NCBI GenBank assembly: GCA_973895155.1
Contig: OZ316892.1
Span: forward strand, 2,483,223-2,547,222
Direction: 5' to 3'
DNA: 64,000 nucleotides
Source: Marsupella aquatica
Taxonomy: Eukaryota; Plantae; Marchantiophyta
Position numbers and translations under genes: made by a program. The first letter of the stretch is position 1, and each line of letters opens with the position of its first letter. Shown one piece after another: positions 12,105-23,375 of this stretch. Under the pieces are notes generated by a model. The model had not been told where the DNA came from, searched no databases, and worked only from the letters and a program-made list of their open reading frames with translations.

Positions 12105-12960
12105 ACAGAAGATGCAAGGAAGATTACTCATCTACTGTAATTTTCACAGAGTAAATTGTGACCTTCGGATCTCCCTATATTGAAGGATGACCTTTAGATT
12201 ATGGCTAAAGGGGTGTGAAAGAGAAGATGCAAAGGAAGATTCATTATCTACTCTAATTCTCACAGATTAAATTGTGACCTTCAGATCCCCCTATATTTAA
12301 GGGCAACCTTTAGATTCTGGCTAAAGGGGTGTGAAAGAGAAGATGCAAAGGAAGATTCATTATCTACTGTAATTTTCACAGATTAAATTGTGACCCTCAG
12401 ATCTCCCTATATTTAAGGATAACCTTTAGATTCTGGCTAAAGGGGTGTGAAAGAGAAGATGCAAGGAAGATTCCTTATCTACTGTAGTTTTCACAGATTA
12501 GATTGTGACCTTCAGATCTCACTATATTTAAGGATAACCTTTAGATTCTGACTAAAGGGGTATGTGGCTAAGTGTGAACCAGGAGAAAATGCTAGAAAGA
12601 TTCCATGTATAATTTGATTAGCTTGATTTTAGTCTATCAGATCCCCTGTATTTAAGAATAACCTTTAGATTCTGGCTAAAAGGGTGTGTGAGCCAGGAGA
12701 AAATGCTAGGACGATTCCATGTATAATTTGATTAGCTTGATATTAACCAATTATATCTCCCTAGATTTAAGGAGACCGTTGGATTCTGGCTAAAGGGGTT
12801 TGTGGCTAAGTATAAAAGTGCACAAGGAGAAGATGCTAGGAAGATTCCTTATCTAGCTTTGGTGTATTTAATTTTGACAGTCAGATCTCCCTAGATTTGA
12901 GTATAAGCTTTAGATTCTGGCTAATGGGGTATGTGGCTAAGTGAAAACTGGCTAATGGAT
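12105..12960. repeat. Tandem array B, ~115-130-bp unit x~7
   Basis: GAAGATGCAA/GAAAATGCTA at 12108, 12223, 12339, 12455, 12585, ~12699 and ~12828. Each is followed by AGATCTCCCTA...TTTAGATTCTGGCTAAAGGGG. Confidence 0.95.
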
Positions 12961-13254
12961 TCATCTGGCCAAAAGGGGGCAAAGACTTCTCCTCCATTCA
13001 TTGTTGTGAGCTATCGTGCACAGGCCCATAGTGCACATAGCTAGGTGAAGTCATGAGAGTTTATGTGGTCACATTTCAGAATGCTACCTGTGTCTTGTGA
13101 AGCCAGATAAGTATGGAGTTTCCTAGGTATTAATTCATCCCAACAAGCATAGCTCAGTTGCTGTCTTCATTGCGTCAAGTGAGATTACTAGTTGACGTCT
13201 AAAAAGTTGACCGGTTTTTGCACAAACCCCAATCCCAAAGTGGGGTTCCAAGAA

Positions 13255-14135
13255 ATGACATTTCCATGAATATACTCTCAGCTTTGGGAACATGGAGACC
13301 ATCGTAAGAGTGTGCCAAGGGGTTGTAATAAATGAGCTTTCACGAATGTATTCTCCGATTTGGAAGAATGGACACCGAAGATTCTCTTCAATCAGTTTTC
13401 CATGAAACTCTCAGCTTTGCAAAAATGGAGACTCCTAAGAGTGTACCAAAGGATTGGAATAAATGAGTGTTCATGGATGTATTCTCAGATTTGGAAGAAT
13501 GTACACCCAGATTGTATTAAATGAGTTTTCCATGAAGATAATCTCAGCTTTGGAAACATGGAGACCATCTTAAGAGTTTGCCAAGGGGTTGTAATAAATG
13601 AGCTTTCACGAATGTATTCTCAGATTTGGAAATGTATTCTCAGATTTGGAAGAATGGACACCCAAGGAACTGTTGAATCAGTTTTCCATGAAACTCTCAG
13701 CTTTGCAAAAATGGAGACCACACTAAGAGTGTGCCAAATGTTTGTAATAAATGAGTTTTCATGGATATATTCTCAGATTAGGAAGAAGGGACACCCAAGA
13801 TTGTATCAAATGAGTTTTCCATGAAGATACTCTCAGCTTTGGGAACATGGAGACCATCTTAAGAGTTTGCCAAGGGGTTGGAATAAATGAGCTTTCACTA
13901 ATGTACTCTCAGATTTGGAAGAATGGACACCCAAGATTCTATTGAATCAGTTTTCCAAGAAACTCTCAGCTTTGCAGAAATGGAGACCATCCTAAGAGTG
14001 TACCAAAGGATTCTAATAAGTTTTCGTAGCTATATTCTCAGATTTGGAAAAATGGACACCCAAGATTGTATCAAATGCGTTTTCCATGAATATATCCTCA
14101 GCTTTGGAAACATGGAGACCATCCTGAAGAGTGTG
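13255..14135. repeat. Tandem array C, ~133-bp unit x7 with alternating A/B variants
   Basis: TCTCAGCTTTG at 13276, 13409, 13542, 13695, 13831, 13964 and ~14096. One unit carries a 20-bp internal duplication. Confidence 0.95.
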
Positions 14136-14396
14136 ACGCAGAAGCTTGTATTGGGAGCTTCGGAAGCTTAGGCCAGATGAATTCCGGAGCACCGCCTTCT
14201 CGAAGGAGAACGATGAACAGAGGCGTGAATGTATTCTCAGCAGTGGAAAATTGGGCAAGATGAATTCGGGAGAACCGTCGTCTCTGAAGGAGATCGCAAA
14301 GCTGTGAAGGTGATAACGGATCTGAAGACAGAAGCAGAGAGAGCACTTGACAATTTGATTGATTGACTGAAGTTGTTGTTGGACGAGTGAGGAACG

Positions 14397-17300
14397 ATGG
14401 TGGGGAACGATTTGCCCAAGTGTGAGGCCAACTATGCCCCGCTTACACCGATCACGTTCATACAGAGAGCAGCAGCGGTGTTTCCCGACCGCTTGGCTGT
14501 GGTTTATGGCCAACGACGATTCACGTGGGCTCAGACGCTCGAGCGATGCCGCTGCATTGCTTCTGCACTCTCCCAACATGGAGTCTCTCCTGGTGACACG
14601 GTTGTTATTCCAGAGGCACCCTCTCTTGAATTCTGTGTATACTTTTGTGAGCCCCCTGCTTTTCGTCATGAACTTGAACGTGTTAGGGATGCTTTGATTT
14701 GGAAAAGGAATTGAGCTTAATCTAAACCGCACACGTAAAGTAGCTTGGTGGGAAAAAGGAAGAGTAATTGACTGTTTGAAGAACGAAACAACTGGATGGA
14801 TGAGAGTACGTGAGTGCCTCTTTCTCTTCATCGGAGGCAGAGCTCGATGAATGGTAAACTACAAAAAATGGGTGGGCAGGAACGTGAGCAATTGTGGATG
14901 TCATTTACTATGTTTTGAGAGGGAGATTTATGTTGAATCAAAGCTGGATGAACTGTGGGGTCGAAGCGTTGCCGAAGACATCATGGAATAGGAGGTACAA
15001 GGCTGGGCAATTTGGGCTGAATATGAACAGCCTTTCAGACAGTTTTAGCCCAAAATTGGGTCGATTCCTGAGTGGCGATAGATGGAGGGACAGAAATATG
15101 TTGGTGCCGTTTTCCCTTCGTCGCAAGGCTTGGGAAGCGAGAGTTGAACCCCGATTGGATGACTGTGAAGTGCACAAGATGTGCAGGAAGATCAGAGGAC
15201 CGAAACGACAGCTGCAGAAAATCATTCAGCGCGAGGAAAATGATAGAAACGAGGGACAAACATGGTGGCCGGATCTGGGTGCCCTGGAAGCTAGGATACG
15301 TCGTGGGTAGCTGAGAAACAGGCAAATTGGAGTAACCTAAGGGACATTTCAATCAAGGGATCTAATCTTAAAATATCGGACCAAATTCAGTGACAAAGAC
15401 TACCGTAAGGCAGAGTAAGCTTTCAGCAATATTAGGCAACTGCCCCAAAGAAGAATAAAACTCGCGTGCATGGGAATGTATCAACTATTGTAAGGAATCA
15501 CACTTGTTCAAACTGTATATCAAACGAAGATGTAATGGAAAATGACTCTACTAGTGAAGAGGGGTCCGTTTCTACTCAGAAAATTCCTCTAGTGACTACG
15601 GAAGAGAAACAGCCATGAATTCTGTATGTCAAACGAAGATGTAACGGAAAAGGACTCTATTAGTGAAGAGGGCCGTTTCTACTCAGAAAAATCCTCTAGT
15701 GATTCCGGAAGAGAAGTCAGTCAGAACGGGTTTTAGGTAGACTTATTGTCTGTCACGTTGGGATCTGCGCAGGTCTCAGTGATAGCACCAAATGTTCCAG
15801 CGGCGTATGAAATGCACTTTGCCGCGCCAATGGCTGGCGCTGTCCTCAATGCTATCAATTTTCGTCTTGATGCAAGGACCATCTCTGTACTGCTGGGTCA
15901 CTCCGCGGCCAAGCTGGTGTTCGTCGACACAGAGTTCCTTCCAGTGATCTATGAAGCGTTGGCAGTTCATTTCCCTCCGTTGGCACCCAAGCCTGTGGTG
16001 GTTCACATCCAGGACAAAGCTTATTGCAAATTTTCTGAAGTTACAGCGGGAGAATTCGGAAACTATTTAGATTACGAGCGGTTCCTTAAAGGAGGCGATC
16101 CTCAATGGCCAATTCGTTGGCCCACCGATGAATGGGACGCCATTGCAATAAACTACACATCTGGCACTACCGCAGCTCCCAAAGGTGTGGTATATCATCA
16201 TCGAGGGGCCTATATCAATTCACTTGCTAATATTTTGGACTGGGGCATGAAAATAGGGCCAATCTACTTGTGGACTTTACCCATGTTTCACTGCAACGGG
16301 TGGTGCTTCACGTGGGCTATAGCTGCACAGGGAGGAACCAATATTTGTTTAAGATCTGTGACTCCTAAAGCAGTTTTCGATGCAATACATGAGCACCATG
16401 TGACCCACCTCTGCGGAGCTCCCACAGTTCTCAATATGTTAGTCAATGCTGAGGACCATGAGAGAAAACTCTTGCTGAACAAGGTTGCAATTTTGACTGC
16501 TGGGGCCCCTCCTGCAGCAAGAATTCTTGCCGAAGTGGAGGAGCAAGGGTTTTCTGTGACGCATGGGTATGGATTGACAGAGACCTATGGTCCTGTTCTC
16601 ACATGTGCGTGGAAAGAGGAATGGGATGACCTTCCTTTGGATGACCGAGCCCATCTTAAGGCTCGGCAAGGTGTGGGGAGCTTGGGTCTCCCTGGTGTTG
16701 AAGTGGTAGACCCTAAGACCATGAATCCTGTCCCTCATGACGGAAAAACTCTGGGAGAGGTGATGCTTCAGGGGCACGTTGTTATGAAAGGCTATTTAAA
16801 AGCCCAGCAGGCAACACAAGATGCTTTCAAAGGAGGGCGTTTTCATACTGGTAATTTAACATCCTTCTCCAAGTCTCAGCCCTCTTTGCTTGATTCTGGT
16901 TCGAAATAGAAGTTTGCTTTGGTGGCAAGCTTTACAATTTGAACACGCCAAACTCTCAGTGCGACTGGCTAGATGAACACCAACAGCCACGCGTTTTGTT
17001 GAAGCGCTCTGTTTTAGTTGCTCATCATGTTGAAGTGCGCCTCTTCAAGTTTATTTGTTTCAGTAAAAGCAACACTCAAAGCAACAACTATCTAGACGAA
17101 GAGCCACTCGATGTCTGGCCCGTGCTTTTGTACTCTGGTCTTTGAACCTTCGGATGAAGAGGACTTTTGGCTTCGTCCATCAAATCTGTCATGTCCCCTC
17201 TGGATTCCTCCACACTATGCCCACTATAGAGAATCCTTGATGTCTTTATGTATTTCCTTGTGGATCTGATGCAGGTGACATAGGAGTCATGCACCCAGAT

Positions 17301-17675
17301 GGCTACTTGGAGCTGAAGGATCGGTCCAAAGATGTTATTGTTTCTGGAGGTGAAAATATAAGCAGTATTGAAGTGGAATCCATATTGTACAGACATCCAC
17401 ATATCCTGGAGGCAGCTGTTGTGGCCCGCCATGATGAGTTCTGGGGAGAAACCCCATGTGCATTTATCAGTCTCAAAAATCCCGCCATTTCTGAGATCTC
17501 CGAGGACAGCATAATCGGATGGTGTAGGGAAAACATGCCACGCTATATGGTCCCGCGGTCTATTATATTCGGCGCTTTGCCGAAAACGTCCACTGGGAAA
17601 GTACAGAAGAATGTCCTTCGGGAGAGAGCTAAGAGGTTGAAGTCTGTAACTTCAAAGCGCAGAAGCAAATTATAG
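14397..17675 (+). CDS. Peroxisomal acyl-activating enzyme (AAE clade I; AAE1/AAE7-like short-chain acyl-CoA ligase), 560 aa
   Basis: Exons 14397-14600, 15773-16850 and 17275-17675 (1683 nt). Motifs ANYAPLTPITF, AMP-binding YTSGTTAAPKG, LPMFHCNGW, GYGLTET, KDRSKDVIVSGGENISSIEVE and LPKTSTGKVQK. C-terminal PTS1 -SKL*. Confidence 0.95.
15513..15715. repeat. 109-bp tandem duplication in AAE intron 1
   Basis: CTGTAT.TCAAACGAAGATGTAA.GGAAAA.GACTCTA.TAGTGAAGAGGG at 15513 and 15622. Confidence 0.9.
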
Positions 17676-18434
17676 ATCTCTTAGAGAGTTAGAAGATGTT
17701 AAGAGTAATTCCGAAGCTGCTTGCTGAGTCCTTCTGGTCTCTGCTCTCTCTGTACGTGGTGAGTAACCCTTATGTACTCTCGAATGTATGCAACTCAGGC
17801 TACTGATGAATCGTGTATGAGTTGAGCGCACACAGCTGGTCGATAAATGATGCAACTGATCCAACTATACAGGCAAGTCATAAGTCCCATGAAGCGATGC
17901 AGGGACTGAAGGAAATTCAGGGTAATTCATCATCTGCTATCACTAAGAACAATAGTAGTAATACAACTCCCATCAAATGGTCTTGCATACCCCAAAATAG
18001 AGATACAAAGTGTACTCTCTCTTATCATATGCGTGATTTTTCTAATGCTTTTACATAATTTATACAGGCAAATCCTGGCACTGTTTGCAATTTACGTGTG
18101 CAGCTCATACGACCTTCTACATTCAATTCTGCGGTACTCTTAGATTGTGCGAGCTTGCATGGGACTGACGCAACAGTCCACCGCAAGGTAGGCAGTCCAA
18201 GAGTAATTTCTGCTGGCCCCGACGTGGCGACAGCCTGTGTCCCTGCACGAGCTCCCAACCCAATGATGCCAAATGCTCTTTCTAGAAACTGTCCGAGCTG
18301 TTCTCTAGGATGGTCAATTCCACCAAATGAAGAATAATCCGCAAACATACCCAGCAGTAGCATTGGAGAATTTGCTCACATCAAAAGGAGGACAACGTGG
18401 AAATCATTCTCTCTCTGAACAGCGAAAAATGAAG

Positions 18435-20514
18435 CTACATGGACTCATGGATGCAATAAATTCTTGATCCAAGGTCGATTACATTCAATCCTCCACTCTT
18501 GCAACCTTCAAAAAACACTGCTTCATCCTGTTTGGGTATTCTACGTCGCCAGCTCATCAAAAAGCAGGGTCTTGGTAGACAGACGTCCTGAAGTGATGTC
18601 AATCTAGAACTAACGCTTGGTGCCTGGATACTAGCATTTGGTTGACTGCCATCCACAAAAGTTGGCTCTGAAGACACTGAAGGTAAACTAAGAGTATCTA
18701 TAGCATGACAATGAGAGCAGGATTTAGGGGCCTCTGTTGTCAAATCAGAGAGATTCGAAACTGCAGACGCAGCGAGTGATTCGGAACTTTGCATTCTGGA
18801 GCTGTTAATGGAAAAACTAGGCTTACAATCATTTAAAATATCAGTTGACAAAGGTTCTTTGGCATGTGCATTTTGCCTTGCACGGTGCTCATTTCCCTCA
18901 TTGTAGCCTTTTAACAGATTGGACAGTGTTTGTATAAGATTTGGATACTGCTTCACATCTGCGATTCAAAAGAACCCACGCAGTGCAGGTAAGACGTCTT
19001 GCAAACATGATTCACCTGTACTCAAAACTATGTCCACAACCTTATGATCACGACCAAACGTTCGTGCCAAAGCATTGCTTGAACAGAGGTTAGATGTAAG
19101 AACGATACTTGCAGTACAAATTGTCAATGACAGACGTGACAGAGAAGGACCTCTTTATACACAAGACTGAATCTGGACACAATTTATGGACAGAGCATTT
19201 GAATATGAAAACTGAGAAGAAAAAACTAGCGAACAGAGATAAGGGTATCTTACAAAGCAAGATATCACTGGCAATGATCAGGTCCCAGTCCGGAGTTGCA
19301 TAAGGGAAGACCTCACCCCATGTGTCTGGTTAGGAGAAGAATATACATCAGATACGTGCAAATTTGATCTTATGAGCACGTTTCACATCGAACTATGCGG
19401 CCGAAGGCTCTGAGATTTAGTACTCAAAACTTATCTAGACATCGACATGTGCATTTCAGCTTCTCCCAATTCTGCCTATGAAAATGGTGAGGTCCAGAGA
19501 AAAGGGCTCACGTCTTATATGAGGCAGAGTTTCTAAGCCGTTCAAGCGGCAATTGTTGCTGATGTTATTTTCAATCTCCACATCGTCGTAGTCTGACGTA
19601 GTAATGTCAAGTTCAAATGTTTTCTTCACGAATATGGCAAGTGCTCCTGTGCCACTGCAGTCATCCGTGTCCTGTTATCAGAAGAACAAATTCAAATGGC
19701 ATCTGCGCAAAAGGCTTTGCTGTGCTGCACATGTGGACAAAGGGAAAAGAAGAGTAGAACCTGCCAAGTTCCAAAACACGCCGCCCAAGTATCAACTCTT
19801 TGTGATCTAGTATCCATTCCGCAAATATAGTCGCTCCAGGCCACAGGAGGTTTGCATTTACTTGGTGGAACGCGAACTCACGAATTCGGAGTACCTTCAC
19901 CAAAGGAAATTATGGCCATTACGAACTGCATCGAGAGCAAAACCTACCAGGCTCAGTGAAGGCAGAGTAAATTGAGTAAGGAGATTTCTCGAGGTAACAG
20001 TCAGCTGAAAAAGCGTACAACCCTACTTCAAAGGTTTTACGAAACAGAAGTCCTGTACCAGTCCAGGAAAGTTGTGGTCTCTTTCGACAAAGGCATCATC
20101 TTCTTCATCCCCTGCCCATTTCCGAAATGTTGCGTCAGTAAAATGTGACCACAGAGCCTCGTCGACGAGAAGTTCCACTCAGGTCAGTGACCAGCCTCAA
20201 TACAGCACACACTGGCGAAAGGACAATTCCTAGAACCTTAAACTCTGAATCCCGAGTAATGATGGATTCATGGCTTGGAATATTGAAAAGCTCTTTGCCC
20301 GCTCCTACAATGCAAAAGAGTAGAATCCAGTTGGGAGCACTCTCAAGGGGACGAATTGGTTAAGGTTTGAGGAACGCACGGCGGAGAAATTACAGCATCC
20401 ATGAAACAAAAGTTCTACCAACATTCATACACTGAGGGATTGTTTCCGAAACCCCAGACCCTCACCCGATTCAGAACCGAACATGTTCGCTACAGAGAAC
20501 ATCGCTGGGTCCAT
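18435..20514 (-). CDS. SAM-dependent protein methyltransferase, Methyltransf_16 (METTL21/NNT1-like) family, ~324 aa
   Basis: Exons (minus) 20514-20466, 20111-20059, 19894-19761, 19654-19512, 19325-19254 and 18958-18435 (975 nt, frame kept). Motifs IREFAFHQVNANLLWPG, VLELGSGTGALAI (motif I), ITTSDYDD, HTWG, DLIIASDILLY and FLMSWRRRI. The exon 1 donor could alternatively lie 6 nt downstream. Confidence 0.9.
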
Positions 20515-20920
20515 TTCCCCAAAACCCAAATCTCGATTGACGATCTCGAGAGGCACATCAACGTTCACAAAGCTATGAACGAGCTAGGAATCCTCCTTCT
20601 TCGATTAAACTGCGCCGTGAAATTGAGGCATCTCACTATTGATAGTGGGTCACCGTGAAATTGAACGATTTTGCTCTTCAGTGGGAGAGCTCTGCATCAT
20701 TGTCTCAGTTATTAGTCCTTCGTCTCCAAGCTGTCGCAAAGCACGAGATGGTGTTTGCATCGATGTGCATCGAATTTACAATTCGCTCGTCTGTTTGTTC
20801 AGTGTCCAGAACTCAGGGGTTTTGCAAATTGCACTGGTTGAGGGGTTTTAGGATCATTTCTTAGGGACACAACCCAACCCAGGAATTCTATTTTATTTTG
20901 AAATGGGAAACGCTTTTGAG

Positions 20921-21770
20921 CTACCCCAAGGATTTGTTTGATGGGTCCATACTTCACACTCCAAACCAGTGTTAGGGGTTGAGGGTTTGAGTATTATGAG
21001 CCTGAATGAATGCCCATTCTTTGAGTGTTCATAGAAAATGTTAATTAATAGAAATGATGACAAAAATCAACTTGTATGACCATCATTTTGACATACATTA
21101 TATCACACCCTTCACTCTAAAAGTCTAGATCTAAACTCTAGCTTCTCATCACAAATAGTTATATAGATTAGAGAGTTGCATGATTGGCTAGATAGCGAGG
21201 GTAGGGCATGGATGGTGAGGGCAAAACATGGAGGGTGAGACACAGATGGTGAGGCAGAGGGCACATGGGGACGTGTTTTTTGCTGGTCGAATGGGGACCA
21301 AAAATAAACAGTTTTCCACTAAGAGCCAGAACCAGAAGGCAATTGGTAAACTAAGGATAGAGAATGGGCAGATTATGTATAGATTCCCATCAGTCCTGAA
21401 AAGTGACTAGGCCATTTGAAACTGAAGTTGCCTGCCTGCCAAACAAGAAAATGGTGCCTCCCTGACCATGTCCTCTGATCAGCTACAAGATCTTTCCCAA
21501 GCTCAAAATTCTAAACCCCTGCCTGCCATTTCTGGGCTGATATGAATGCACCATTGCACATTTTTGGCCGATGTCTTTTCCGTCATCGATGACTCCCAGA
21601 TTGATTGACAGACGGGTGCGGCTCATGCCAATGTGCATCCTGCAAAATGTCTGCAGGTTCCATATACTCTTGCTATTCCACCCACTCAATAGCATCCTGC
21701 GGATGGTGTGGATGGGTGTGGATGCTCTTACCCAGGGATTTGGTTGATGGGTCCAAAATTCCACACCCAT
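20921..21770. repeat. Two diverged ~40-bp direct repeats ~806 bp apart (possible element remnant)
   Basis: CCCAAGGATTTGTTTGATGGGTCCA at ~20925 versus CCCAGGGATTTGGTTGATGGGTCCA at ~21730. Confidence 0.55.
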
Positions 21771-23375
21771 ACATCAATGCTCTCTAAATGCATTTGAAGA
21801 ACCTAAGAAGAACCCTGCATTTGAAATTTGTGGATTGCGCTAGGCCATAAGTGGAATCCTGAAGAATGAGAAATTAGATGGAACCATAAGATAAAGTGCC
21901 ATTGCAGTTCACGCAGGACCTATGCAAAAACATTTCAAGAAATAACTCAATGCCAGATTATTATTCTGAGCTGACATGTCTTGATTTCTTAATCCCAAGT
22001 TTTTCATAACACTGAAAATTCAGTGTTTATACCCCGGATGCTTAAATAGAATATCCTGACAATTTGCATGACAATTTGTTTCAAGGTTTCACAACTGAAG
22101 CATATTGAGTAAACGACCGCTACTCAAACACAACATGTACATGTGTAACATCCAACAAACACTCAAGAAGTAGTTGTCTCAAGAGATAAGTTGGTTCACT
22201 TCACCAAAAGCTATGTCCATGGGAACACACATTCAAGAGAGCTTCATTGAACTCTAGGCCGGTCAATCAGCCATACCAAGTCTCCATAGACTAAGCTCTC
22301 CATATCTCTTAGATGGTTCTATAACAATCAGCCCAAGCTAGTTTCACTTACAAAGTAAATCTGCAAGTGAATATCGTAATGACACATCTAATTTTAATCA
22401 AGTACCTGACTAAAGCTGTTAGACTAATTACAGTTACATAATAATCAACCCTAGAACTCAGAACAGATGCCAAACAAATTAAGGACCCAAAAATATTTTG
22501 CTAGCTGGGTCCAAGATTTTAATAATTAATCATGCATTGTGCCAACCAGGGTGGTAGTACTTTACTTCAACTCCATACTCTCAGTGCTGTGTGCAACCTC
22601 AACTCCCTGTTGCTAGGCATTCAATGAACATCTGTCAATGTCCAGTCCAATCTGTAGTTCTCTCAGTCAAATACTTACCCCAAGACTCTTACATTTGGCT
22701 CCAAAACCAGTAAGTTTTGATTTTCTTGGTTCTTTGAGTATATCTCTTGAGGTAAGTTGGGGTTATTGTAGCTTCAGTGTTGTTTCTCAAAGGCTCTTGA
22801 ACTTGTACGCCTCAAAATCAACATGCTGTACTAAGACTGTGAGGTAGGTTTCACTTTCGTTAAGTTTACTGTACATATGGACCATCTTACATTTCCAAAT
22901 CACTTTGATATGGTAAGTTTCTTGCGAGTTTGGAAAATAATAAATGATGGCTTTTAGTATAGCTCCCAAAAGACTTCCAAGTTCATTGCTAGCATTCATT
23001 GCCACGCAAGTGGGTGCAATACAATACAGGTGCGATCCAAACGATTGCAGAAATAATCTTTGGTCCAAATTCTCAGATTAAATGGTGAAGTGTTATTTCA
23101 TTGATAGCATTATTTCAATCGTATATTTCACATTTTTGAAGAGATGAACTCTAAGATCTCAGCATACTGAAGCTTTGCCAATTTCACAAGATACACCACT
23201 TTGCAAACAATCAACTACGATGCCCAAGTGCTAAGATGCTCAAAGTAACCTACTGTAGTTCTTATTAGAATGAGCAGGAAGTGAAAAATGTAACTAAGTC
23301 AGATTTAATTTGGTGGATTACATGTTCTTGCTTTGATTAGTATTTGTGTCCTTAGCATGCTATATCTAATATCAT

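Noticed and set aside
14013-14831. 272-aa minus-strand ORF
   Set aside because: It is antisense to AAE exon 1 and runs through array C. No recognisable domain.
22676-22850. Extra coding exon of the coiled-coil gene
   Set aside because: There is a good donor near 22678, but the preceding exon already ends in TGA at 23376. At most this is a UTR or alternative exon.
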